From Mobula hypostoma (taxonomy: Eukaryota), in assembly GCF_963921235.1 (NCBI RefSeq), contig NC_086097.1:193380001-193444000 (forward strand): a stretch of DNA of 64,000 nt, read 5' to 3'. Under the pieces are notes generated by a model that was not told where the DNA came from, did not search any database, and worked only from the letters and a program-made list of their open reading frames with translations. This document shows positions 26,151 through 39,154 of this stretch, one piece after another; the stretch's first letter is position 1; every line of letters starts with the position of its first letter. The position numbers were made by a program, and so were the translations under genes.

Positions 26151-26645
26151 ACATTATATGAAATAAAAAAAGACAGCTGACTGCAGTATTGGAGAGTAAG
26201 AAACCAAAACTGGAGAAAAGCTGAGATCTTGAAGGGATTTACAGATGAAAGAGATTAGAGAGATAGGGATCATTCAACAAACAGTATAAACCTGAAAACT
26301 GGTAATGAATAATAAATGAATCCATGAATATCTGGAATTATGAATCCATGGAATTATGAGGGTTACGTGAATTTTCAAAGGCATTCCACAATTCAGTTAA
26401 ATGATTAACTACTTAATGACCTAAACTTAACAAGATTTTTCACTCTCGTTTACTTAGAGGTATTCTCTGAGTTCCAGGTTCTTTTATTAAATGTGATAGA
26501 TACTTTTTCATCGGTCCAAATTCAAAAGAAAATCATATAAGAGCTCTGAAAGACAGCCCAGGGTAATAAGTAAAATCTCTCCCTTCTTTTGACCAGGCTA
26601 CAACAGTTGCAAACCTCCAGTTCTGACACACTATTCTCACATCTG

Positions 26646-28299
26646 TACTTGTTTTATGTCTTCCCCGTTTATTCTCAGCCTGAAGATAGGATTCTCCTTC
26701 TTTTTGGATATCACCATACATTCTGTCTTTTGCAATTGAGAGATAGACCCATTTTTGCACTTTCTTCAACAACTATATCAATTAAGTTTTGTAGTTCTTC
26801 CTCCGTACTTGCAATTAACACAGTGTCATCCGCATATCTGAAATTATTGATGTTTTCACTGCCAACTTTGATCCCCAAGATGTGATTATTTTTTGTAATA
26901 TTGTTTCACTGTACACATTAAACAAATCAGGGGAGAAAACACACCCTTGTCTAACGCCTCTCTTAATTTTCATAAACTGACTCACTTCAAAAGAAGAATA
27001 GGGATGGTAAAAGACACCTTTATGAGAACGAAGAGTATACTGACCAAAACTAAACTAGGCATGACAACCCGCCTCAGAGTACTGAAATGTTACGGTTATT
27101 CAGTTATGTTATATGAATCAGAATGTTGGACAATATCTAGTAACATGAGGAAACGAATTGAAGTAGCAGAGATGTAGTTTTTGAGGAGGATGCAAAGAAT
27201 ATCATGGATGAAACGAACATCTAACGAGGATGTCATGAACAGAGCAAGCACAAAAAGAAATAATGTATGAGACCATGGAAAGGCAACTTAACTTCATTGG
27301 ATGTGTGATTAGGAAAGAGGAGTTAGAATGCATGGTAATTATGGGAAAGATTGAAGGGAAGAAAGCAAAAGGAAGGCAAAGACAAATGATGATGGAGACA
27401 GCAGCCAGAGAACTGGAAATGAATACCAATGAATTGATCCACTTGACCCGAAACAGGAGTGTGTGGGTGTTACGAACTGTAACATTTTAGAAACAAACTA
27501 GCAGCAATAGAGTTCACACTGGAGTCTGATTTTGATGTTAAAACCACTATCTTTATTAGTACCTACTTATAATATAGCAACTTAACCAAGGTAAACAAAA
27601 GTTAACAGAGTTATGTGTATGTGTGTGTAAATATAGCTCCCAAACTATTGAGCTCGGGGGAACAAGGCTTAGAGTCTTCAGATGGTAAAGTAGGAAAGTT
27701 CAGTTCATCCAGGGAAAGAAGGATGGGAGAGAGATATTTGTAATCCAGGGTGAAACGTAGAGAGAAGACAATTACGTCGAATTCCACAGGTTCCACGATG
27801 GTAATTAATAAATATCAGCTGTCGAAGATCCTCTGTCAAGCTGTTCCAAATCCACATACAAATTACCACCAGAGTGATCTGTCACAGGAATGTCGTCTTC
27901 AAAGGGGTTACCACATAACATACCCAGGCAAGGGTTAACTTCGAGTGGTCCCACAGGACATTCCTTAATACACTCCTATGGGTTGTACGAAGTGACAGCC
28001 ACACATTCGATGTGCACTGGATCGATGAACAACCCACCCTTGTGGGTATAGCAGAGTTCCAAAACCCCAGCTTCGACAGGCTGGAGCTGCTACCCTTTTT
28101 CATATATATATATTTCCCCTCCCCCCCCTTTTTAAAGGTAAACAAGCTGCGTATCGGTCACTGAACAACATCATAGTCCTGCCTCACTGAAGCGCTCTTT
28201 TAAAGTGAAAGTCCACAATAAACAAAACCTATGGGTTCGTAACAGTGGGTCATGACAGTCAAAGCCCAGTCTGGGCATGGCACCTGATGATGATGGTGG
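26646..28299 (+). mobile_element. RTE LINE with 5' inversion and nested solo LTR
   Basis: 12-bp TSD TTCTCACATCTG (26634-26645, 28300-28311); antisense RT segment (RQGC, RYADD) 26646-~26985, sense 3' segment, (GAT)n tail. Confidence 0.85.
27468..28244 (-). mobile_element. Solo LTR (777 bp)
   Basis: Perfect 10-bp terminal IR TGTTACGAAC/GTTCGTAACA; 5-bp TSD GTGGG; minus-strand AATAAA near 27552. Confidence 0.88.
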
Positions 28300-29475
28300 T
28301 TCTCACATCTGAGGAAGGGTGGAAAATTCTGACAAACCTTCTGCAGGGTTGATCTTTACTCCCAGCCAGAACACTGCCAAACATTTTAAGATCTTGTCAT
28401 TTAGTGTGACATTCTCAACTAGTACCTCACTCTGGTTTCCTGACTTTACATTATAATCTTTTTGGCTCCTAACCAGTCACATAGCTTCTTGACAGTGCTT
28501 TTACTATCTATATTTTATAGTTTTATATCTTATACTTTATAGTTCCCTGTTCTTTATTTCACAGTGCTGCACCAATATCCTCTTTTTGTGCATCTCATTT
28601 CCTTATTCAGTTTTTTTTTGTGGTTATTGTATTAATGTTGGTTCTCTGTTTAATTATAAGGCCAGCAATCATTATAGGGATATAGAGAAATGGTAAGAAT
28701 ATCAGCATGAGAAAACCATTCAACGGCTTTTGCATGTTCAGTATAATCATGGTTAATTTTGCATTTCCTCATATTTTAATCTACATGTCTTTAGTCATCC
28801 ATGAAATTTGTTTGCAGATGTTGGTCCTTTTCCTTTGCGTGTGATCTAGTTGGCCCGTTAGTTTCCCAATCGGCCGGAAGCATTCTGAATGGGAAAGTTC
28901 TCCTGTACACAATCAAAAATATTATTTTTCCTCTTTGCCATTGATACTGTTATTTTCCCAGTCTGGTAGCATTGTAGCCCTCCATTCTCCCTACTCTAGA
29001 TTGTTTGCATTTTTCTGCAATTTGACTCCTAATTAAGATTCAAGTATCAAGCTTGTTCAATGTCATTTCCAGTAAAGGAGAACAGAATAATTGTTACTCT
29101 GGATCCAATGCAGCATGTAAAAACACATGAAGATAAAGGACACAACAAACATGATTACATAAAATATCTTGTATACATAGATTGATTATATGTTAGTGAG
29201 AAAATAGCTGAGACTCCCTTTGTTTACTTTGGACACAGCACCACTTAATTGGGACAGGAGACTTTTACCAAACAGTTTCTAACTAGCATCAGTCACATGC
29301 ATTTGTGTGGCCGTTAGACACTACACTGTGCTTAGAGAGAACAATTTTTAAATAGCATCAGTTCTTTCTGTTTATGTTCAAACAGCAGTGATTTTTGTTG
29401 GCAAGAGATAAACAGTAAGACAATTCAAAACACGCTGGAGAAACTCAGCGGGTTGGGCAGCATCTGTGGAAACGA

Positions 29476-29515
29476 TCAGTCAACGTTTCAGGCCAGAACC
29501 CTTCGTCAGGACTGA
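29476..29515 (-). ncRNA. Minimal type I hammerhead ribozyme motif
   Basis: Reverse complement reads TCAGTC-CTGACGA-AGGGTTCTGGCCT-GAAA-CGTT-GACTGA. Confidence 0.8.
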
Positions 29516-29771
29516 AGAGGGAAGGGGCAGAGGCCCTATAAAGAAGGTGGGGGGAGGGTGGGAAGGAGAAGGCTGGTAGGTTCCAGGTGAAAAACCAGTA
29601 AGGGGAAAGATAAAGGGGTGGGGGAGGGGAAGCAGGGAGGGGATAGGCAGCAAAGGTCTTCCCTGCTTCCCCTCCCCCACCCCTTTATCTTTCCCCTTAC
29701 TGGTTTTTCACCTGGAACCTACCAGCCTTCTCCTTCCTACCTTCTTTATAGGGCCTCTGCCCCTTCCCTCT

Positions 29772-29811
29772 TCAGTCCTGACGAAGGGTTCCGGCCTGAA
29801 ACGTTGACTGA
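29772..29811 (+). ncRNA. Minimal type I hammerhead ribozyme motif
   Basis: Stem I TCAGTC/GACTGA, core CTGACGA, stem II AGG/CCT, GAAA, palindromic ACGT in place of stem III, GUU triplet. Confidence 0.8.
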
Positions 29812-31444
29812 TCGTTTCCACGGATGTTGCCTGACCTGCTGAGTTCCTCCAGCGTGTTGTGAGTGTTGCTTTGACCCCAGCATCTGCAGAGTATTTTGTG
29901 TTTAAGACAATTCAAAACTGTTTTGCTCACTGGTTTCAGGCATTCAGGCTTGGAGATGCTAGAAATGGCTGGGAGTGAAAATGAAATGATTTCGTTGCTT
30001 CAACAAGTTAGGCACTAAGAAGAATTTGAAGGCATTGGCAATCATCTTGAACGTTACAATAAAAATGAAGATTTGGAGGATGCATTGTATGAAAGCAGTC
30101 CATTATCTGCAGTAGGTGTCTGCGCTGATTTTGTTATTTACAGTCAAAAGAACACAGCAGCATACACTGGGTTAATTTCTCCATTGATAACTATTAGGAA
30201 CCAATACATAGTTCTATAATACTGTAACAGTATCAGTAATATTCTAATTTGTTCTGTATTTCATTTAAATACATAATTTATTACACAATTAAATGGTAGT
30301 TTGTCTTTTTATAACTTTCCTTGAAACTTCAGCTAATTGGGGCAGCGACTTAATTGGGCCAAAATGGTCCTGATGTGTCCCAATTAACCAAAATCCACAG
30401 TACAGATTGAGTACCCCTTATCCAAAATGCTTGGGGCTGGAAGTGTTTTGGATTTTGGAACATATAATGAGATAGTTTAGGATTGCCTTCATTTCTGACT
30501 CTGAATTTATATGTTACTGGTAAGCAGTCTTTATCTTATACTTGTTCAGTACACATGTGTACTTACAGTAAAAATTACATGCCTTTAATATCATGTTTGC
30601 AGTGTAATAAAAGCAGCACAGCAGCATCAGGAAAATGCCTGAATCAACTGTTGAACAACAACAAATGACGCCAGGCTTTCAGTCTCCACCTACGATGCCA
30701 CGTTTTGAATGAAAGGTTTCAGTACATGGTAGTGGTATTTTACATTTTTTTTAGGTTTTATGTAAAATATAAAACAATCAGCATTGTAGACTTGTTCTGA
30801 TGTTAGATTTTCATCAATGATACTTTTAAAATGTAATGCTGTTATGAAAGGTATAAAAACAATCAGACTCATAGAGTTGTTCTGGTACTAGATTTTTCTG
30901 ATCAGCAGATGCTTTAACAATTTAATGCCGTGCCTTTTCTTCTATTTCTCCAACCAGCCTGCTGAATATTCACAATTACCTTCAAATTTTCAGTTCATCG
31001 CGATATATCTTCGCGTGGTTCACAATCAGCATTTCATGATCTTTTGAAGGGCTCAGCGGATTTATCTTTCAAGCAAGCAGGTATTACACCTTTGAGTAAA
31101 CAAAGGTTCATCGCATTGTCGGAAGTGAAGCAGGAGGGGAAGACTCCAAACCAGACTGAAATGGAGAGGGATGAGGGCCCCTCTACCCAGTATATTGTTA
31201 GCAAATGTACAGTTGCTGGAGAACAAAATTGATGACCTGAGGACAAGATTGCTGCATCAAAGAGAAATGAGAAATTGTTGTATTCTGTGTTTTAATGATA
31301 CGTGACTTACTCAGACTTTGCCACATACGGCGATCACACCCAAAGACTTCTTGATCGACAGGATGGACAAAACCGCTAATTTGGAAAAAGCAAAAGCTGG
31401 AGGTGTCTGTTTCCTGATAAACTGTTTATATGCTCTCCGTAAGC

Positions 31445-34400
31445 CCATGAGGTAGAGGAGCAGAAGTAGGCTATTCGGCTGATTGAGTCTTCTCCGCCAT
31501 TCAATCATGGGGTGATCCAATTCTTCCAGTCATCCCCACTCCCGTGCCTTCTCCCAATACCCTTTGATGCCCTGGCTAATCAAGAACCTATCTATCTCTG
31601 CCTTAAATACACCTAATAACCTGACCTCCACAGCTGGTCATGGCAACAAATTCCACAGATTTACCACCCTCTGACTAAAGTAATTTCTCCGCATCGCTGT
31701 TCTAAATGGATGTCCTTCAATCCTGAAGATGTACCGTCTTGTCCTAGACTCCCCTATCATGGAAAATAACTTAGTCATATCTAATCTGTTCAGGCCTTTT
31801 AACATTAAGAATGTTTAGAAACATAGAAAAACTACAGCACAATACAGGCCTTTTGGCGCACAATGCTGTGCCAAACATGTACCTAAATTAGAAATTACCT
31901 AGAGTTACCCATAGTCCCCTATTTTTCTAAGCTCCATGTACCTATCGAGGAATCTCTTAAAACAGCAGTCCCCAACCACCGGGCCGCAAAGCTTGTGCTA
32001 CCGGGCCGTGGTATGAGTCAGCTGCACCTTTCCTCATTCCCTGTCACACACTGTTGAACTTGAACATAGGATTGCCAACTGTCTCATATTTGCCGGGACA
32101 TCCCTATATTTGGCTAAATTGGTTTGTCCCATACGGGACCGCCCTTGTCCCGTATTTCCCCCTCTAAGCTAGAGCGTTCCAACGAAACCTTTCGTGCCAA
32201 AATGGCATAAAGTGAAGAAGCAATTACCATTAATTTATATGGGAAAAAGTTCTTGAGCATTCCCAGACCCAAAAAATACCCTACCAAATCATACCAAATA
32301 AGACATAAAACCTAAAATAACACTAACATATAGTAAAATTATGAATGATATGATAAATACACAGCCTATATAAAGTAGAAATAATGTATGTACAGTATAG
32401 TCGGGAAGATTAAGCCAAAACCGATTTGTGGAAAAAAAATCAGCACGTACACGCATGCGCACGTCACATATGCGCATGCGCACAGAGGTGCCCACACAAG
32501 GCTTCATGGTCATGGTAGTCTTTCTCGGGGTAAACCCAAGTCTCCTGTATTTGACTGCTACTTTTGTCCCTTATTTGGGAGTGAGAAAGGTGGCAATCCT
32601 AACTGTAAAAGAAATGTTGAGGTGAGTTTAACCCTACTTGAACTCCCCCCCCCCAGTCGGCCGGTCCGCAAGAATATTGTCAATATTAAACTGGTCCGCG
32701 GTGCAAAAAAGGTTGGGGACCCCTGTCCTAAAAGACCCTATTGTATCCGCCTGCACCACCATCGCCGGCAGCCCATTCCACGCACTCACCACTCTCTGCA
32801 TAGAAAACTTACCCCTAACATCTCCTCTGTACCTACTTCCAAGCACCTTAAAACTGTGACCTCTTGTGATAGCCATTTCAGTCCTGGGAAAAGGCCTCTG
32901 ACTATTCACACGATCAAAGCCTCTCATCATCTTATACACCTCTATCAGGTCACCTCTCATCCTCCGTCGCTCCAAGGACTAAAGGCCAAGTTGACTCAAC
33001 CTGTTTTCATAAGGCATGCTCCCCAATCCAGGCAACATCCTTGAAAATCTCCTCTGCACCCTTTCTATGGTTTCCACATCCTTCCTGCAATGAGGTGACC
33101 AGAACTGAGCACAGTGCTCCAAGTGGGGTCTGACCAGGGTCCTATATAGCTGTAATATTACCTCTCGGCTCTTAAACTCAATCCGACAGTTGATGAAGGC
33201 CAATGCACTGTAGGCTTCTTAACCACAGAGTGAACCTGCGCAGCAGCTTTGAGCGTCCTATGGACTTGCACCCCAAGATCCCTCTGATCCTCCACACTGC
33301 CAAGAGTCTTACCATTAATACTATATTCTGCCTTCATATTTGACCTACCAAAATAAACCACCTTACACTTATCTGGGTTGAACTCCATCTGCCACTTCTC
33401 AGCCCAGTTTTTCATCCTATCAATGTCCCACTGTAACCTCTGACAGCCCTCCACACGATCCACAATACCCCCAACCTTTGAGTGATCAGCAAATTTACTA
33501 ACCCATCTCTCCATTTCCCCATCCACATCATTTATAAAAATCACGAAGAGAAGGGGGTCCCAGAACAGATCCCTAACCAGTGAGGCACGTCACTGGTTAC
33601 CAACCTCCATGCAGAATATGACCCGTCTACATCCACTCTTTGCCTTCTGTGGGCAAGCCAGTTCTACCTTCTCAATAAGATTTTCATTGGGTACCTTATC
33701 AAATGCCTTGCTGAAATCCATATACAACATCTGCAACCCTCCAATCCTCCAGAACCTCCCCCGTCCCCAGTGGTGATGCAAAAATCATTGTCAGAGGCTC
33801 AGCAATCTCCTCCCTTGCCTCCCACAGTAGCCTGGGATACATCTCATCTGGTCCTAGAGACTTATCCAACTTGATGCTTTCCAAAAGCTCCAGCACATCC
33901 TGTTTCTTAATGTCTATATACTCAAGCTTTTCAATCCACTGTAAGTCATCCCTCAATTGTCAAGATCATTTTCATTAAATACCTCAGCTATCTCCTCTGG
34001 TTCCATGCAATACCTCAGCTATCTCCTCTGGTTCCATGCACACTTTTCCACTGTCACACTTGATTGGTCCTATTGTCTCAGGTCTTATCCTCCTGCCCTT
34101 CACATACTTGTAGAAGCCTTGGGGTTTTCTTTAATCCTGTTCTCCGAGGCCTTCTTATGGCCCCTTCTGGCTCTCCTAATTTCATTCTTAAGCTCCTTCC
34201 TGCTAGCCTTATAATCTTCTATCATTACTTAGATTTTTGAACCTTTCATAAGCTTTTCTTCTCTTATTGACTAGATTTACAACCGCCTTTGTACACCACT
34301 GTTCCTGCACCCTACCATCCTTTCCCTGTCTCATTGGAACGTACCTATGCAGAATGCCATTCAAATATTCCCTGAGCATTTGCCAAATTTCTGCCATACA

Positions 34401-34465
34401 TTTCCCTGAGAATATCTGTTCACAATTTATGCTTCCAAGTTCCTGCCTGATAGCTTCATATTTCT
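31445..34465 (-). mobile_element. Two CR1/HER1-like LINE fragments
   Basis: VSKFADHSKV, LVRPHLEHCAQFWSP, RRRMRGDLIEVYKMM. Confidence 0.8.
31963..32725. mobile_element. hAT (Charlie-like) composite MITE
   Basis: TIRs CAGCAGTCCCCAACC / GGTTGGGGACCCCTG; 8-bp TSD TCTTAAAA/TCCTAAAA. Confidence 0.8.
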
Positions 34466-35074
34466 TGAAGAAATCCCAATTACCATCAGCATATTACCTG
34501 TAGCACCACCAGAGGTCCCAACGTACTAGTCCACTGCTGTACTAAGATAGGGAATGCATATTATTCCATGCCCAGAATGCATTTCAGGAAATCTGATCAC
34601 TTGGCTGTCCTTCTTCTACCTGCATACAGGCAGAGACTAAAGAGCAAAGCTCCAGAGATTCGGACAACAGATAGGTGGTTGCGGGAGGCAGAGGAGTGGC
34701 TATGGGATTGCTTTAAATCGGTGCACTAGGCTGTGTTCAGCGGCTTCTCTGTGGATCTGAATGAATACACCACAGTTGTCACGGACTTCATAGAAACAGT
34801 TGTAGATGAGTGTGTCCCCACAAAGTAATTCAGAGTCTCCCCCAACCAGAAGCCCAGGATGAACCATGAAACATGCAATCTGCTGAAGGCCTTGTCAAGT
34901 TTGGCAACCAAGAAAGTTAAAAGAGGTCCAGTATGATCTCTGGAATGTCATCTCATGTGCAAAGTGACAATTACAGACTAAAGTTGAATCAAAGATTAAT
35001 GCTCAACAGCTGTGGCAGGGCTTGAATGCTATCACCCCTTACAATGTGAAATCAAGCAAAATAGTTGACAGCAG

Positions 35075-36848
35075 GGCTTCACATCCAGATGAACTCAGGG
35101 TCGGGGAAATCTCAGATAGGGTCCACGACATTCTAAAGGGGGAGGATGAGCAGTCAGACGTATTGGTACATATTGCCACTAATGACATAGGTAGGAAAAG
35201 TGAGGTCATCCTGAAGAGAAAGTTTAGGGAACTAGGTAGAAAGCTGAAAAGCAGGACCTCCAAAGTAGCAATCTCTGGATTGCTGCCTGTTCCACATGCC
35301 AGTGAGGATAAGAATAGGATGATTTGGCAGATGAATGTGTGGCTGAGAAACTTTTGCAGGGGATAGGGTTTCAGATTTCTGGATCATTGGGATCTCTTCT
35401 GGGGAAGGTATGGCCTGTACAAAAAGGATGGGTTACACTTGAACCCAAGGGGGAACAATATCCAGATTTGCTAGAGCTGCTGGGGAGGGTTAAACTATTT
35501 GTCAGTGGGATGGGAACAGGAGTGATAGGACTGCTGGCTTACAAGCAGAGGCAGTGTAGTGAGACTGTCAGAAAGGATAGGCAGATGATAGGGCACCTCA
35601 GGACTGAAGGTGTTGTACTTGAATGCACACAGTAAATGTCATAAGGTAGATGATCTTGTAGTGCTGTTAGAGACTGGCAGGTATGACTTTGTGGGCATCA
35701 CTGAGTTGTGGCTGGAAGAAGATTATAGTTGGGGCTTAACACCCAAGGATACATGTTGTATCAAAAGGACAGGCAGGGAAGCAAAAGGGGTGGCATGGCT
35801 CTGTTGGTAAAAAATTAAATTAAATCCTCAGAAAGAGGTGAAGTTGCATTGGAAGATGTAGAATCCCTGTGAGTAGGATCAAAAACCTGTAAGGGCAAAA
35901 AGGCCCTGCATTCAAGTTATATGGAGGTGTTTGAACAGTAGCCAGAATGGGCAACACATTAGAATGGGAGATAGAAAAGGTATGTCAAAAACGCAATGTT
36001 ACAACAGTCACGGGGGATATCAATATGCAGGTAGATTGGGAAAATCAGGTTGGCGCAGGATCCCAAGAGGGAGAATTTGTAGAATGCCATTTTAGAGCAG
36101 CTTGTGGTTTAGCCTACTTGGGAATCAGCTGTTCTAGACTGGGTATTGTTCAATGAACCGAATTTGATTTGGAATCTGAGGGTAAAGGAACACTTAGGAG
36201 ACAGTAATCATAATATGATAGAATTCACCCTGCTATTTGAGAGGGAGAAGCTAAAGTCAGGTATATCAGTATTACAGTGGAGTAAAGGGAATTACAGAGG
36301 CATGAAGGAGGAGCTGGCCAAAGTTGATTGGAAGGGGACACCAGCAGGGAGGATGGCAGAGCAGCAATGACTGAAGTTTTGGGGAGCAATTTGGAAGGCA
36401 CAGGATGGATACAGTCTAAAGAAGTATTTTAAAGGCAGGATGACACAACTGTGACTGACAAGAAAAATAGAACAAAAATTAGTGGGAAGGTAGAGATTAG
36501 GAAACTTTTAAAAAAACTAACAGAAAGCAACCAAAAAAAAGCCATGAGGGGAGAAATGTTGAAATATGAAGGTAAGCTAGCCAAAAATATCAAACAAGAT
36601 ACCAAGTGTTTTGTCCGATACATAAAGAGTAAAGGCATGGCAAGGGTAGATATTGGACCACTGCAGAGGTAATAATAGGAGACAAGGAAATGGTGGACAA
36701 ACTGAACAAGTATTTTGCATCAGTCTTCACTGTGGAAGACGAAAGTAGTATGCTGGAAGTTTGAGAGCATCAGGGGGCAGAGGTGAGTGGAGTTCTGTTA
36801 CAAGTGGAAAGGTGCTTCAGAAACTGAAAGGTCTAAAGGTAGTTAAGT
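35075..36848 (+). mobile_element. CR1-like LINE: ORF1 SGNH esterase, APE and linker remnants
   Basis: VLVHIATNDIGRK..VAISGLLPVP; LYLNAHS..GITELWL; TGDINM; HLGDSNHNMIEF. Confidence 0.8.
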
Positions 36849-37795
36849 CACACACACACAAAATGCTGGAGGGACTCAGTAGGCCATGCAGCATCTATGG
36901 AAAAGAGTACAGTTGACATTTCGGGCCAAGACCTTTCGGCAAGAGTAGAGAGAGAAAGGTGGGGGGAGGGGAGAGCAAAACACACAGTGATAGGTGAAAC
37001 CTGAAGAGGGAGGGATGAAGTAAAGAGCTGGGAAGTTGATCTGTGAAAGGTATACAGGTCTGGAGAAGGGAGAGTTTGATAGAAGAGGACAAAAGGCCAT
37101 GGAAGAAAGAAAAGTGGGGAGGAGCACCAAACGGAAGTGATGGGTGGGTAAGGACATAGGGTGAGAGAGGGAAAAGGGAATGGGGAATGATGAAGGGGGG
37201 ATGGGGCATTACTGGAAGTTTGAGAAATCGATGTTCATGCCATCAGATTGGAGGCTGCCCAAACAGAATATAGTGTGTTGTTCCTTCAAACTAAGTGTGG
37301 CCTCATCACAACAATGGAGGAGACCATGGATAGACATATTGGAATGGGAACGGGAAGCGGTATTAAATTGGGTGGCTGCAGGGAGATCCCATTTTTTCTG
37401 GTGGACGGAGAGTAGGTGCTTGGCGTAGCAATCTTCCAATCTGCGTCAGGTCTCACCGATATACAGGAGACCACACTGGGAGCACCAGACACAGTATATG
37501 ACTCCAACAGACTCACAGGTGAAGTGTTGCCTCACCTGGAAGGACTGTTTCGGGCCCTGAATGGCAGTGAGGGAGGAGGTGTAGAGGCAGGTGTAGCACT
37601 TGTAATGCTTGCAAGGATAAGTGCTAGGAGGGAGATCAGTGGGGAGGGATGAATGGACAAGGGAGTCACATAGGGAGCCTTCCCTGCAGAAAGTAGAAAG
37701 TGGGGGTGAGAGAAGAATGTGCTTGGTGGTAGGATCCCGTTGAAGATGGCAGAAGTTGTGGAGAATTATGTGTTTAATATGAAGGCTGGTGGTGG
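36849..37795 (-). mobile_element. Penelope-like element 3' part (GIY-YIG endonuclease and pLTR)
   Basis: VIYCVWCSQCGLLYIGET..H..LKEQHTIFCLGSLQSDGMN; degenerate hammerhead core near 36908-36947. Confidence 0.85.
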
Positions 37796-38400
37796 TGATG
37801 GAGTGAACGGATAGGTAAGTGGGGGTATAAACTCAGAACAATGATTAACTAGTGATCAATCACCTTGTGGGCACCTTAGTTTACTGTTTTGGACAATCAG
37901 AAAGAAGCTTTACCCAGCAGCCGGTGACGTACTAGTCATTGTTCTCTAAAGGTAGGCAAAGGCTCAAATAAGGAACCATCTGATCATGCAGAAGCATCTC
38001 AAGGTATAGTTAAATATGGGAAGTATAGTGAAAGGGCTAGAATGTTCTGGAGAAAAGGGGAAGGTGTCCAAATGAGGAACTGATGGGCTAGCTTTGGCTT
38101 AAAATAATTATAACGAACTAACCAATGATTATTTTACATATAATTGTATCTTAGCATGTGGTTGAAATGATTCTAATATTGTCTAAACTTGTAATGGTAA
38201 GATTTCCTGCTACCTGATCAATGTTACAAATTGTGGAGAATTGTGTAATTCAGGGGCAGTGTCTGGACTCGTTTTTGGAGATCAGTCTGTAACTTCCCCC
38301 ATAGCATGTTATGAGTAAAGAATAAAGGTTTGAAAAAGAATTATGTGTTTTAGTGTATTTGTGGTATTATTGTCTTTGCATAAGTTGATCCAGTCAGACA
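37796..38400 (+). repeat. ERV 5' LTR
   Basis: TG...CA; AATAAA 38321-38326; first 121 bp match 44993-45113 with about 12 differences (hand count). Confidence 0.85.
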
Positions 38401-38403
38401 ATT

Positions 38404-38425
38404 TGGCGAGCCAAAGCCAGGAGTC
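38404..38425 (+). promoter_or_regulatory. PBS, tRNA-Arg(ACG)-like
   Basis: TGGCGAGCCA(AA)GCCAGGAGTC matches the complement of the tRNA-Arg 3' end with a 2-nt insertion. Confidence 0.75.
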
Positions 38426-39154
38426 CAAGACGAGGGTCCCGTGAGACGGCATCAGAGTTCGACTCGGTGGCGGTGACCTGAGACGGGTGGGCTCAAAAGG
38501 TAAGATTTACCTCGACCTTTCTCATTAATTGCCCACCTTGACGATTCCCTCGTCTGGCGGGTAATCCTCTGACGGATTCCTTTCGAAACCTGAGTTGAGG
38601 ATCGCCCCAGTACCACAGGCTAAAAGAGGGGTTCGAGTCCCTGACGAAGCATAAGGTAAGGTAAGGAGTTACAGTCCCTGACGAAATATTGCGAGTATCA
38701 AAGCCTGCTGGTGCTAAGAAATTGGGCAGTGGATCGGTAGTGATCTATTACATTTTTCTTTGAGTGTGTCACAGCAAATTGATCAGCGGGATAGTGGCAG
38801 TAACCTATTACAATTTAATTCTAATTGGTGTGGAGGGCCGGGGCGTGTAGCGCAGTAAATTGACCAGCACAGGGCAGAGCAGACGTTTGGCCAAACACGG
38901 GGGAAGTGGCTCTCCCCTGCAATCTATCCGGATGCTGTAAATACGTTTTAGGGTACACTTGTGACAATTTGCCTGTCTCAGCACCCTGCCTTAGACTGGT
39001 TGTTAAGAGGGGAATTCCCCCACGCGAATGTCAGGACCCTGAGGTGAGAGTGAGAAAAGGAGGTGGCTGACCCACCCGATTAGGAAGTACGGGGCAATTT
39101 CCCGACAGGACCATTCCCAATCCTAGGGTAGGACAGCAGGGCCAAGGGACTACC

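Larger units (their letters stand above)
29432..29902 (+). mobile_element. Fold-back (inverted pLTR) Penelope-like insertion
   Basis: About 200-bp inverted arms with a ~20-nt loop; 16-bp TSD TAAGACAATTCAAAAC (29416-29431, 29903-29918). Confidence 0.85.
29190..30401 (+). mobile_element. Tc1/pogo-like MITE interrupted by a Penelope-like fold-back
   Basis: Paralogous to 50185-50925; right end ..CCAATTAACCAAAATCCACAG followed by TA. Confidence 0.6.
31020..35070 (+). mobile_element. Rex1/Babar-like LINE 5' region (31020-31440 and 34480-35070), split by CR1 copies
   Basis: Degenerate PSILLANVQ.LENKIDDL and SDHLAVLLLPAYRQRL endonuclease motifs. Confidence 0.55.

Noticed and set aside
33978..34039. 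31-bp perfect tandem duplication
   Set aside because: Local slippage in a dead CR1; two units with no spacer, not CRISPR-like
38560..38602. Hammerhead-like CTGACGG...GAAAC-CTGA-GTT in the ERV leader
   Set aside because: Core lacks A9, stem II is negligible and stem I is out of register
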